Positions 38,052-51,348 of a DNA stretch of 64,000 nucleotides are shown here, piece after piece. Below the pieces are notes generated by a model. That model did not search any database, was not told the DNA's origin, and saw only the letters and a list, made by a program, of their open reading frames with translations. Position 1 is the stretch's first letter. The number at the start of each line of letters is the position of its first letter. The translations under genes and the position numbers were made by a program. Source of the DNA: Amoebophrya sp. A120 (Eukaryota; Protista; Dinoflagellata); the NCBI GenBank assembly GCA_905178155.1, contig CAJINV010000032.1, forward strand, positions 49,128-113,127. Reading direction: 5' to 3'.

Positions 38052-38649
38052 TTACCCAGTACCGTCAGATTTTTTCCGTCGAGCAGCATTTCCGCCTAGT
38101 TTGTCGCCGTTCTGCACCAAGTACTCATTCGTAGCAGTAGCTCCTGAGTTTTCCAGGGCCTGATTGTCTCCACTGTAGCCACGTTGAGGCGCAGTTTGTG
38201 CCACGCTTTCCATCTAAACGGGCGGAACCCGCGACACACATGTCTGCGGCCGAGTAGTTTTTGGCGGGTAGTTGTGTGGAAGAATTGGTCGTGGCGGATG
38301 AAAGGGAAGCTTTTTCGTGATTGATGGCGCAGAAGTGTGCGTTTATAATTTTAGGAGCCGAACATAATTCACACCTCACGCCTGCTCTAGCGGTGCTCAA
38401 ATTTTGAACGACCTTTGACGCGCGAGCCCATACGGCGAGGCGGTATTCTTTCATGCAAGCAGAGTTGACGAGATGTAGATTTGGCGCATTAGACTTTCGA
38501 GCAGCAGCACTCTTGAAACGATATATCAAACCTAGCTCCAGAATAAACATATATAACGGTCTTGTAACCGATTATCTGGCTAAATTTTGTTTTCATTGGT
38601 AGCACCTTTGCCCGGGATGGCCTCCGTGGTCACGCGCGGCCTCCGCTCC

Positions 38650-39215
38650 ATACTGCAGCACTTTTCCATTTTGCGTCCATGGCAGCGTCCGCACTGAGAG
38701 GCGCTTTTTCATCTTCGGAAGCACCTTTTTGCAGCGCGGGTCCCCCGACCGTTTCCGCCGAGGTCGGAATAGCGGCATTACCACTTGCAGCAGCTCCGGT
38801 GGTTCTGCCCGTCGGCTCCGCATGCTCTGGCATGCTCCCAGCAGCGTCGTCTTCGGCAGCTGTCAGTGCGTCAGCATACTTCCATTTCAGGGGCCTCCCA
38901 GATATTACGTCGGTATCTCGCTCACCGAGGTTCACTTCGATGACCGGGTCCAGTGCGACGTCCGCGCGCAGAGGCAGCTTGTGCTGGTCTATTCGCTCCG
39001 TGACCACTTTGTGTGGCAGGTACACATCGACGATGCGCGGCTTGGTTCTACCACTTCTGTGAAGCAGTACATGCCGGTAGATGCCGCCCCCGTCGTGCCA
39101 CAAGCTCCCTTCGCCGACGTCGTTTTTGTGGGCAAACGACGGCGCGCTATCGACCGCGACCGTGATCTCGAACTTACTGCTGTCCGCGGACGACGATGAG
39201 CCACGACTCCTGTGG
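38650..39215 (-). pseudogene. Second near-identical copy of the GH2-like fragment
   Basis: ORF 38630-39337 shares about 190 aa almost identically with ORF 30915-31730. Confidence 0.5.
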
Positions 39216-40596
39216 ATTTTTCTATTCGCAGCTGTATCTTCCGGCAGCGTCAGCGGGACGCGAAACGGCGTGTAGGCAGACCAGTGCCGCACTTGTGATA
39301 GTAGTTTTTTCCTCCGGCGGCTGCCGCACTGGTACACTTCTTTTGGCCGGCTGATCCCCTTTCGCCGTCGTCGTTTTTGTGGGCAAACGCCGGCGTGATA
39401 TCGGCCGCGGCCGTGAGCTCGAGCTTCCTGTCCGCGGACAGTGATGGGCCACTCCTGTGGATTCCATTAGCAGCTGTACTTATCCGGCAGCGTCAGCGGG
39501 ACGCGAGGATGAAACGGCGCGGAGGCAGACCTCCGATTCCAGATATGGTAGTTGTACACGGCAGATTTTTTACGTCGAGCAGCATTTCCGCCAATTTCGT
39601 CGCCGTTCGGGACCAAGTCCTCCTTCGTAGCGGCAGCTTGCCTTTCCAGGCCCAGATTTTTCTCCGCTGTACTTAGCCACGTTGAGGTGCTGCAGTTTGT
39701 ACCACGCTTTTCATCGGGGCGGACGGAACCCGTGACACACGTCTGCGGCGGTGTAGTCTTTGGCGGGTGTGTCCACGTCGTAGTTGTGTGGAAGGGTTGG
39801 CAGTGGCGGATGAAGAGAAAGTTATTCAATGATTGATGGTCGACAAGTCTACGTTTCTAATTTTAGGAACCGAACATAATGACAACTCAGGCCTGCTCTA
39901 GCAGTGCTCAAATCTTGGACGACCTTTGACGCGCAAGCCCAGACGGCGAGGCGCAATTGTCTCATGCAAGCACAGCTGCCATCAAGCTGCAAATCTAAAT
40001 TTTGTTTCACATTGTGAACTTTCGAGCAGCACTTCTCTCGAAACGCAATATCAAACCTAGCTCCAGATAAATTACATATCAGTCGGCGCACCACCTTCAC
40101 CGATCGCCACGCAGTGGCATTGTGGCGTCGAAGGTAGCCTCGGGGTGGTTTGCGTGGACCTGCTACGCGCACACGTTGCAGTGAGGGAACACAGTGGCAG
40201 TCCTGTAGATGAAGCCACAGCGCTGTAGACATTCTGCGATGGATGCAGGGCACTCTCCCCTTGCGGCGACTGACGTCTCTCTGCCTGCATGTCCATGAAG
40301 TACGGGGGTAGTCCGTCACCCCGCCCTCGTGGACCATCCACCCGCCGCTCATCATCACTGCGCTCCACCGCCTTTCCTGGCGCATCACTCCATCCGCCGC
40401 CCCCATCATGACCTGGTCGACCACGGAAGTTCTCCACTGCAGCGGCAGTTAGACCGATACACTTACCGATACCTTTACCGACATTCTCATTTGTTCCTGC
40501 GGCAGTTGGACCTCTTCCAGACGCAGACACTGTTGCAGTTGATAAACGGGACGTCGCCTGTAAGACCTTGTTCTTAGTGGAGGCGGTGAGGGAGAC

Positions 40597-40853
40597 TATG
40601 CATTGCAAATATGTCTGGGTCTGGAAGAATACAACTTGTCACGCTAACTCTCGATCACAAAATCTGTATTGTATGAGCGCCAAAAGTTGCCCAGTTCTTG
40701 CTAGGAAAAAAGCGGATTTCTCATGCGGAGCGGCATGAGGAAGGTCTCGCAAAATCTGTAATGCTTTTGTGTCCATACCAGACCATTTGTGTGGTCCGCG
40801 AGATGCATCACAAATCTCCAATCTTCCAGACCCAGACATATTTGCATTTGATA
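40597..40853. mobile_element. Introner family A
   Basis: Perfect TSD GAGAC; empty site at 26147-26151 in the paralogous segment. Confidence 0.93.
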
Positions 40854-43139
40854 GAGACTCTCGGCCGAAATGGAATTCCGAGCTCGGCACTGGCGGTCGG
40901 GGAACTTCATGTTTCTTGACGGACGGCATGGTGAAACAAGACGAAGGTGTGGTTGTCCTTGGAAACCTGATTTGATGATTTTTCGGAGGAGAAAATTATG
41001 TGTAGAGTCGGGGCATACTAGTGCTTGTATAGAACTGGCGATGATCAAATTTAGAACCGGAAAAAAAAATTCTGCATGACAGATCGTGACTGTTACACGG
41101 AAAAGCAATCGATTTTACCAGCACAACGTTGCGGGGCCTTCGTATCAGACTCATCACACCGGTGTCGAAGAGCTAAGGTCGGGGACTGTGTCAGAGTTGG
41201 TCACGGGGACAGAGAGACGCGACACGCTGTGCAAGACGTTCTTCGAAGACACATAATTCTGCACCATGATTTGCATCTCGTTCTCGTCCCTGCCGATGGT
41301 GGTGACATATGCTACAGAAAAGTACACCCATACCATACCACAACATGATTTGTCGACATGCAACTGTTTTTTCGCATTAGAAAGAAGCCCCTTCGACAAG
41401 ACGGATTTCATGCCAGTAGCGCATTACAAGTTCCTTGTACACTTCGCGCATTAGAAATCACCGCTTCGCATACTGCAAGAACACATAATACAGAGCTCAG
41501 TTATGCGACCGCATTTATTATTGTCATTTCTATTGGTATGATCGCTGTAGCTGTAATTTTCACGTTGATATGCCCCGCTTCCTTTTTGTCTTCGGTTTCT
41601 CGTACCTGTTTTTGAATTAGGTCATTGTCAGAAAACGAGGATGTGGTGATATACCACCTTGAGGGACTGTTTTCCAATTTTTTGTCTAGGAAGAGAAGAC
41701 TAGGTGTAGTAGTAACCCGAAAATGAATTGAAGCAGAACTACCGATGATCAAATTATCAAATTTATACGGTACACAAAAAGAAAAGCTCTGGTGGATGTG
41801 ACACAGAACGAGCGCAATCATCTTCAGTAACCTGTACCTTCCGGAGTCTTTGCATCAGGCTGGTCAGACCGGTGTTGGAGAGCTGGCCACGGCGACAGTG
41901 TCGGAGGTGGTCACGGCGGGCGATATGCAACCTGCGCAGGCCGCGCAAGCCGCGCAGAACAAAACTTCATTTTTTGTTATTTTGCTGCGCAGAGTATCCT
42001 TTTTATCTCTTCCCTACGGTGTTTGGTTTGGATTCGGAAGTCGAGCAAGGCAGAAAACGCAATACAAATCCTTGCGAAGCACAAAGACGACGACGAAACA
42101 AATCATGGATCCAGTACGAAACACGTTAACACCAAACACCGTATGACGAATAAAGCTAAGAACATCGAGCTTTTGAATGGTAGAATGAGTTTGTAAATCT
42201 AGATCTCGCTTTGACAACAGATACTCACAACAGATTTTTTGGTCTTCTGTAACGGTCTTGTGACCGATTATCTAAATTTTGATCTTGCCGCGCGCACGGT
42301 CGCATTTCATCTTTGTCTACAGTTTCCCTTCGTCCTTGCTCTCTTTCCACCGCATCCGAAGAACACTGATGCGGGGGCTCTCTCTAATGGGAGCTGCCGA
42401 TACAACAACAGCTCTTACTACTGCACGGCGGCAGCACACTTTTTCACCTGCCTGCCAAAACGACAAATAATCACTACGCAGATCGCTTTTGTTTCGATTT
42501 TTGATTTTATCTTTCCGGCAGCCGTACGTAAGTATGTTTTTACACTACGAAGTGTTCATGTCTTCACATTGAAGCTGCTTTCTGAATGGTCTAAATCTGC
42601 CTGTTGCGCTCGATCCTCCTACTCGCTATCCTAGGATGATACACGGAGTGAAACTCGACATAAACAGCTTTCCTTCGACTGTGAAGTCCGGCTTTCTGTG
42701 AGGTCTACACATGCTTTATGAGATTGGTGTTCAAGACTATATAGATCGAAGCGCAAGTTCAATTTTGCAAGTCGTCCAACAACACGGGCACGTCAGTCAC
42801 AGCATCTTCAGGTCCAATACGATGTCAGCAGAAGGTCTCTTCAGCTGCCGTCCTATCCATGTCCAGTAAGTACCTTGACAATTTTGATTTCGGATTCATC
42901 CAGATTTGTGTTATTCTTTCAGTCTCAGAAAATCAAGAATCATTTCAATTTTTTCACATCTCCACGATGAAACGTCTAGCACGGCAGAAGAGAAGTACTA
43001 CGGGATCAGTAGAACTACGGAAGCATCATCAATCGTTCCATCACTTTCTCCATAGAATCTCTTCAGGCTGCATCACAGACGTGAAAAAATCCTGATACTA
43101 AAAGATTTTGATCGTAGGATGAGCATCAAACATTTCAAA

Positions 43140-45090
43140 ATATGGAATTACCTCGCTGCAGACACGTCTTCCCCAGCAGTCTCACCGTGCACAACGGGGT
43201 CCACGGAAGTCTTGCACTACGCCCCATCATCACGGCCGGCGCAAAAAGGTTGGGCATACCGAAGTCCTTCAACCGCGTGTGTATCGTGACAGTGTGGTGA
43301 ATGTTGAATCTTGTCGTCGAACACGAAGGTCTGTCCTGCGGGCCAGGATTACATCCTTGGTTGTCTGCAACTAGCACGAGGTCTTCTTGCCTTGTTGAAC
43401 CCCTACCTCGTCTTCCTACCATGTCGGCGGCACCATGGTCCGTGAAACGGTGTGCGTATCTTTCTCAGCTGCGCATCAATACCTGATTTAGATTGTCAAA
43501 TTGAGATTCCAGATTGAGATTGTCAGATCGAGATTCCAGATCACCTTTTCAAACTTTGATTTTCGTACCAACTGCCTACTTAAGCCTCTGATGCCGCTGT
43601 ACAACCATCTTGTTTCAATACCGATTTGTGACTCTGATCGTCAGAAAAATGAATTCGAATATATGTTTTCACTTTCCGTTTCAATCCGATGAGATTAATT
43701 CGAAAACACACCATCCTTCTTCATCAAAATCGATTTCATACCTGATTCGCATCACTGATTCCGGATACAGGACTACTTTCCACTCTCCCCAACGAGCCTG
43801 CGCACACGATGTTGGTCACACCGCAGCACTTGAATCTTGTCCGCATCGGGGCATCGTTGGGAATCTTTTTACTTGTTGTCGAACATGGACGTCTTTCTTG
43901 CGGGCCGACAAAACACCCTTGTCCGCAACTGTCTGACAGGAGGTTTTCCTTTCTCGGCCTTGTTGATGCCCATTTCGCATGACTGTTTACCATGTCGTTG
44001 GCACCGTTGTAGTCCGTAAAACCGTTTGCGTATGTTTCTGCGCTGCCGAATTATACCTGATTGAGATTGTCGGATCGAGATTTCAAATCGTCTTGATATG
44101 TTGATTTTATGCAACAAATTCATTCCTTTAAGATTGTTGTAATCAATGATTTTGTTTCCATGTCTAAGGATTTGTGATCCTGATCGTCTGCGACTGCGGA
44201 GTTCTTCAAACATACTTTCATTTTCCGTTTCAACTCCACTTCCTTTCCAAAATCAATCTGATACCTGATTCGCATCACTGCTTCCGGCTGCGGGCATCTT
44301 TTCTTGATTCTGCCTACGTGACGTTGGTCATACCGATGTCCTTTGCCCATGGTCCTGCGATCGAGGAGTCGTCGTCTGTCGTAAACCTGGCTCTCGATCG
44401 CGGAGTCCTCGTAGTCGACAACGAAGTTTGCTCTTGCGGACCAAGACGAAAACACCCTCGTACACCTGCTTGCTATACCTTGCCTGGGCTTGTTGGACGC
44501 GAACTTGGCTTCAAGTTGTTGTACCTGATAGTGCATTGTCAATTCGGATTTTCAGTTCACTTTTTAAAATCGAAATTCCAAATTTCCCGGGTTGTTCTGC
44601 AACCGCTGGAAAATGATCTGCAATGAGGATTGTATCACAATAAATGATTCGACGATACTTTCATTTTTTGTTTCAATACGCTGTGAGGTGAATCCTGCAG
44701 AAATCCTCTTCCAGAAGTATATCCGTACCTGATTCAAATCGCCAATCTGGATGTAGTCGTAGGCTGCACAGCGGCGCGTGAGAAAGTTCTTGTACACCAT
44801 GACAGAATGCGCCTTTTTTCCAGCTTCTATCGTCCGTGCCTGAAGTACGCGATGTTGTCCATGCAGGTGTCCTTCTCCGGCACGTCAACCGGGACGCTCT
44901 TTTCAGCTTTTCCCGCGCACTGCAACACAAAATACTCACTTGCAGTCCACCGTGCTAGCGTCCTGTGCGACAATGTCCATTTCTTCCTCGGCCTTCATCC
45001 ACTAGAGTCCATCTCGCGATACTTCTGGTGCACCCCGTCGCCCAAGAAAAAACATCCGTTGAAGAATTTCTGTTGATGGGTACCTGATTG
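43140..45090 (-). pseudogene. Decayed, internally repeated gene with candidate GT-AG introns (43483-43741, 44057-44264, 44525-44728)
   Basis: Seven TACCTGAT sites (ATCAG|GTA on minus) separate alternating AT-rich and coding-like blocks; the coding-like blocks contain stops. Confidence 0.4.
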
Positions 45091-45779
45091 TTTCTTCGAA
45101 TGGTCTCTGAATCGAAATCGATTTTGATCTTGGACTTTTCGTTTTCGCTATTTTGAGATCCTTTACTGCAGAACAGGGATTTTCCGTTCTAGATTTCGAT
45201 TTCTGGATCTCGAGATCTGAAGATGAGAATCGTTGGTTCTACGTACACGGGCCACGGTGGTTTGAAACAGGTGTAGTACGCAAATTCTGAATCTCAATTC
45301 AATTTTCCACACTTCTACCTCCTTTGCACTCCAATTCCAATCGCCGATGCAGCCCGATACGCGGTGGAGTAAAGCCATGTCCATGAAGATCTTGTTCCTG
45401 CGGTGGAGTAAAGCCGTGAATCTTCCTCTCCATCTCCTTCTTGTGCACCCCGTCCTCCTTCTCCACAAAGTGAATCATCCCGTAGACCAGTCTCTGCGTT
45501 GCTTGCCGCACACCGCCTTTGACGTCAGTCACAGCAACATTCTCCATCCTGCTTTCGCTCCGCGTTTGGTTTGGCCAGGTTCCGGTCGTCTGGGTGCTCC
45601 TCTTTCCATTCTGGATGAACCCGTCTTGATGTTGCTATGCGCACTGCCGCTCAAACCAGGCGGTGGCCATCTCCGCCGCGCACTTGCAACCCCATGGTTG
45701 CGCCCTCATTATGGTGGGTCCGTGGGTCCTGCAATTCGATGGCGTTGTCCTCATTATTCTTTGCTCCACAATCGTTCTT

Positions 45780-48140
45780 TCTGCTGGCACTGTACGCACT
45801 ATCACTCGCACCTCATCCTCACCGCTACAGCAACGCCACCAATACCAGGGTCAGCCAGGACGAGGCCGTTCTCCAAGCGCAAATCCCCGTCCACAGTGTG
45901 GGCGTATAGAAGGCGCCGTCAGCCGCGGACAAACGCAGGCTCGCTTGTCCGAAGTGCGCAGAACCTCCTGCGACTCGCATCAATCCGTTTTTTGTATTTT
46001 CCCAGCACAACAATTGCTGGTCTTCGGTCGGACGCGAAGATCCACAAATTTGCACTCTCCTGCCGTCCAGGCCGTGCCGCGGTTGACCCCGTCGTCTCAA
46101 ATACCGGTATCAGCATCTCTGCTCGCTTCCCGCTGCCTCCTCCCTCGCGGCCGCTTCTCGATTCAGAAACGCGAGTAATATTCGTTCTCCCAATACGAAA
46201 ACTGCACTACATCGCCTTCTTGCCATCGCCGCTACACGATGTTATTTGCAGGAGTAGGTTGCGGTTGTGCATGACAAACTGGTCGCGACGAAACTCCTAC
46301 ACAGCGCAAGAGGAGTTGAAATCCGTAGTCCAAACCTATCCGCTCCTTCCAATTTTCCACACAGAAGTTCTACTTCGTCGAGAAGGGATGGATGATTTTC
46401 ACACGTTCCCCAGGCATCTGCTAGTCCGTCTTGCAGCTTACCTGCATGTGCAATCAATTCCGTGCGGTCCTCTTCAGTAAAACGAAGCGCAGGTGGGCTG
46501 GAGCTGGCAGTTCCGTTTCCTCCCGTTCCCTGCAATACAAATTCCGAACAAATGTCCTCTTCCTCCACACCCGGTACCGTGCCGTCTTTGTGAGAGGGGA
46601 TTGCTGCCGCTGACCATCTTTTGCTCTCCTGTCGTCCTTCGCAAAGCAATGCTTGCATCAGAACATGTTCCAAACTCTATCCCGCGACGTGAACTCCTGC
46701 TTCCTCCACTATAAGGCACGGCACCGATACCAGTGTGGCCGGAAACTGCTGGACACCGTGGTAAACGCGTGGCTTCACTGTCGCTCGGTGGGACGCTGCA
46801 GGTTGACTTGCTGAGATCGAAAATTTCTGATCCGGAATGGTGCATTTGCACATGATCTTTTAGTTGCAACTGTGCACATTTCATATTAGCATTCGTTTGG
46901 TGCGAATCAGATTCCGACCTCCAGATACCTTGCTGTCACGCGACGGAGCCACTGCACTTTCGTTTCTTCCCGCACTTCGCGGTTTATCTCCAGCGTGAAG
47001 CACTGAAAACTGCGTCGGTTTCTTGATCATTTCTTCTGCAATTCGCGCCACCTGCACTTCGGGTTAAATCATACACCTCTCTCGCGGTCACTGGATTCCA
47101 AGAGATCCGCATTCTTCCCTGCGACACGCGTGACGGCCGCATCTTCTTCCCTGCGGCAAGGCATCCTCAACCGTTCCGTATTTATCCCATCATTTACTGC
47201 ATTCGCAACCGTTCTTTCCGCTGGTAGTGCATGCGCTGCCACTCAGACCTCGTCCTCACCGCTACAGCAATGCCACCAATACCACCGTCAGCTAGAACGA
47301 GGCCGTTTTCAAAGCGCAAATCCCCGTCCAGCACAGTGCGGGCGTATCGCAGGCTCTGTCAGCCGCGAGTGCATCGCAGCCTCGCTTGTCGTCCGCAGTG
47401 CGCAGAACGTCTTGCGACTCGCATCAATCCGTCCGTTCTCTTCCCCCAGCAAAACGACTGCTGGTCCTCAGTCGGACGCGAAGACCCACTACTCCGCACT
47501 TCCCTGCCGTCCAGGCCGCATGGCGATTGATTCCGTCCCAAATACCGGCATCAGCATCTCTGCTCGCTGCCCGTAGCTCCACTCAGAAACACGTGTAATA
47601 CTCGTTTTCCCAGTACGAAGACGGCACTGGATCGCCTTCTTGCCATCGGCGCCAGCGGTAGACGACATTACTCGTAGTTTGCGGTCGCGCATGACAAGGC
47701 GATCTTGAAGCCCAGCGGAACAGGAGTTGAAACCCGTAGTCCAGGCTGATCCGCTGCTTCCAATTTTCGAAAAACGAGTTTCTCGTTGAGAAAGGATGGA
47801 TGACCTTCACGCTGCCTCTTCTTCTCGTTTTCGCAAGCGTTTCCGCCAGCCCTGTGTGCATTAGAAATCCAGTACCTGGTACGCACCACTACAGCAATCC
47901 CGTCAATGCCACAGTCACGCAGGCCAGGGCGACACTCCACGCACGAATTCCCGTCCGCAACACGCGCAGATTCCGTCAACCGCAGATGCGCCAACGGCTT
48001 ACTTGTCCAAAAACAAAATGCGCACAGCCGTCTGCGACTCGCATTAAGCTGCACGTTCGTTCTCCCAGCAAAACGAGGACAGTTGGTCCTGAGTCAGGCG
48101 TCGACTTCTTCCCAGTACATTCTGCTCGCTGTTCGCAGCT
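45780..48140 (-). repeat. Two degenerate tandem copies of the DHHC gene terminal exon plus downstream sequence
   Basis: ORF 47583-47861 (HPFSTRNSFFENWKQRISLDYGFQ...YWENEYYTCF*) parallels ORF 48144-48617; a third copy lies near 46165-46550. Confidence 0.85.
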
Positions 48141-48143
48141 CCG

Positions 48144-50539
48144 CTAGAAACACGAGTAATACTCGTTCTCCCAATACGAAAACGGCACTGGATCGCCTTC
48201 TTGCCATCGGCGCCAGCGGTAGACGATGTTGCTTGTAGTTTGCGGTCGTGCATGACAAGCTGATCGCGACGACACTCCCACCCAGCGCAACAGCATTTGA
48301 AATCCGTAGTCCAGACTGACCCGCTCCTTCCAGTTTGCCAGACAGGAGTTCTTCGTCGAGAAAGGATGAATGATTTTCACACGGCGATCAGGCACGAAGT
48401 CACTGCCAGCATCCACTGTTCCGTTCTGCGGCGTATCTGTCTGCGCAATCAATTCCGTGCTGTCCTCCGTGCGGTGGGGCGTAGGCGAACTGCAGCCACC
48501 TGCGTTGGAGATTCCATTCCCGTCTGGCTCGTTCCTGCAATACAAATTCCGCACGTAAACCGGCTGCGACCAGTGCTCCCAGGTGGTCTGGTTCGTGGAA
48601 ATGAGGCAGCTATGCAATGCAAAACCATCGTACTAGTAAAAATTGCATTACAAATTTCTTCAGCATGAGAAATAAAATTTGTAATGCGGATTTACGTTGA
48701 GAAAAGAATTTGTAATGCATTATTGTAATAAATACGAATACGATACTTTTGCACAGGGTAGTAGCAGTGATACAGCAATAGTCCACACGTGAAGGCCGTG
48801 AAGGGTAAGAGCGCAAGCAGCACCAGGAATATCTTCGTCTTCGAAGATATCATGCTCGGCATTTCCGGGTTGAAAACCAGGTTTTTCCAGTGCAGAAAGC
48901 ACAACACAACCGCCAGGAACAGTAGCAACACGAACCTCCCATGGTTCTTTTCGCCGACACCGTATGCATTGCAAATATGTAGTCTGGGTCTGGAAGGTTG
49001 TAACTTGTCATGCTGTCTTTGGATTCTAAAAGAAGTTTGTGTTGCATGACCAGCAAGAGGAGTCCAGTTTGCTCTACGCGGAGACCACGAGGGCATTTCT
49101 CATGCGGAAGAGGCATCAGGAAGCCATCTAAAAATCTGTGATGCTAGGTCATGCATTACAGGCGTCATGGGTCACGCAAGTTTATGCATGACAAACCTGG
49201 CAATCTTCCAGACCCAGACGTATTTGCATTGGATACAACGCCGCCGATCCAAAAACAGTGGTGATCGAAGGTCAGGACGCACTGCTTGCTGACCCGACAG
49301 TGCCGTGACCGGAGAGGGCAGTAATGGTGGCATTGGTGACAGTAATGGTACTTGAGACCACCACTTCCACTTCTACCAGGCGTTGATCTAGCTACTCGTC
49401 CATCGCATCGACGGCCCGCTGCATCTTCCTCGTGTGTCGAGACTATCCTCGTACGATGATAGTCTCCGGCAGCAGTCGTCCTTTCGGGCACCGATGATGA
49501 GACTGATATTTCATCCTCGTACAACTGATGGTCAGCTTTGACGTTTTTCAGCAGGGTGTCTTCGCCCGGTCTGGAGCTAGCAGTCCCTGCTTCCTCCTCC
49601 AGCAAGGATGTTGCGCTCTTCGGATCGTCGAGAGTGGGCCCTTCGCCGCCAGCATCCGATGGACGCCAGTATTGCGGCTCCTCCAGCACAAGCTGCCGTC
49701 CTTGAAAAAACCCGGGGTGGTACCGCGTCGTCCAGTAGATGGCGAAGAATAGAAGGTGTAAAACCATCTCCAAAAGCCCAGGGAGTGTCAGAAAACTGCA
49801 ATTCTGATCCCCGTCACCAGGACATCCGCTGTTCGATGAACTTCTTCCGGCGGTCCTCTGTGCGGTCACGCTGAACCCGTAGCTGCACGTGACAAGAAAC
49901 GCCACCATTCCGAAGCAGAAGTAGAAAACCTGGTCAGTTTGATTCAACGAAGATCCGGATTTTGTCATGCGCCTTTCGCAATAGAAGTTATCGTAGATGA
50001 GCAGGTCGAGGTCTTGGTGCTCGCCGATCAGAAGCTTGCCGGTCTTGAAGTCTTATGCATTGCAAAAGTAGCATTTGATCGTACCAGTTGGAGAAAATGC
50101 ATGACAAATCTCGCTTGAAAGCTAAATCCGCATGACAAACGCCGGTTTTCATGCTGAGCAGATTTGTCATGCTGCACAGATTTGTCATGCTCATGCCGAG
50201 CGGATTTGTCATGCAGCTTGGCATTGACTAACTATCCAAGTACGATCACAAAACAATTTTTGCACAGGATATTCTTCGTGCGAGCGATTCCTCGATCCCC
50301 AGCTCTTTCAGCACTGAGTCGTCCCACTGTGGAATCGGAAGTTTTTCAAGAGAAGCAGTTGCTCGTCCAAAAGCGGTGCTCACTCCTCCGTTCGTTGAAA
50401 AATCCTTTCGCTCTACTTCTTGCTGTTCCTCCGGGAATCTGTCATGCGGTTCTTTTTCCTGCTCCACGCAACCTCCTTCCTCCGCAAAGAGCACCGTCCG
50501 CACGGACTGGAGATCGTGGTCTCGGATGAACGAGGGCAT
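48144..50539 (-). CDS. DHHC-type protein S-acyltransferase (palmitoyltransferase); 3 introner introns
   Basis: CHQCHHYCPLRSRHCRVSKQCVLTFDHHCFWIGGV|VGEKNHGRF, hydrophobic helices, HCY|LISTNQTTWE (TTxE motif), C-terminus YWENEYYSCF*; start codon uncertain. Confidence 0.92.
48611..48760. mobile_element. Introner family B
   Basis: TSD GCAGC/GTAGC; removal restores the TTxE exon frame. Confidence 0.9.
48963..49235. mobile_element. Introner family A splitting the DHHC cysteine-rich domain
   Basis: TSD CACCG/CAACG; removal gives WIGGVVGEKNH. Confidence 0.92.
50054..50271. mobile_element. Introner, B-like, rich in TTTGTCATGC
   Basis: TATGCATTGCAAAAG / TTTTGCACAGGATA; frame restored. Confidence 0.75.
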
Positions 50540-51348
50540 CTCGCGTTGATCCTGATGTGTGAAGATCCGTTCGTCAGGCAGTATTACTTAGCTTGTCTTC
50601 GTCCACCGGTGCGGACAGAAAGCGCCGCCGGCCGTCGTGTGTCCCCCGGCCGTGGGAGCCTTTGCTAGGCTGTCTTGATGGTGGGCTTCTTCAGTTTCTT
50701 CTTATTTCTTCACTCGAAAAGGAAAATAGCAGCTTAGTGACGACGAGGAAGAGGAATAGCGACCGCATCTTTTGCTATATCGACGGGTTGTAAAAATTCT
50801 AGCAGGTACAATTGCCTCTCTCTGTCGTGCAGACCAGCCTATGAAGTTCAGTTTATTTAGCTCTGAAAGTGAAATAGAAATCGTAGGCAGAAGGTGTACC
50901 TAAAAGCAAAAAGGCCAAGGTCTGCATCACCGACGTCTTCGTATCCGGTCTACCGGGTTTTCGAAGTTTCTCTATACTGCTGGCTTCTTGTAATTCTTCC
51001 ATTCTGATCAAAGGATCCACAAGACGAGCCGATTGATCTAAACAAAAACACTGTCAGCCATAGACGAAAAACTTGACAGCACGAAACGCAAAGCATAAGC
51101 AGCAACTTCACTGCACAACGGCCAAAAGCCGCTTGCCGCGCAAACTCGGCGGCGGACAACACGCGCACCACTGGGGGGGGGGTTTTTTTGGACTATGGTG
51201 TCTAACGATCTCTATGCTTCGGCTATGTGTGCTGCAAAGAGCAAAGTCACTTTCAACAACATACATTTTCAACAATATTACTGAGTCACTTTCAACAGTC
51301 ATTTTCAACAATATTATTCCGCGAGGAGGGACCTCCAAAGCGCGGGAC

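Noticed and set aside
45347-46480. 377-aa plus-strand ORF
   Set aside because: No recognisable domain; it overlaps the antisense of the duplicated DHHC 3' region.
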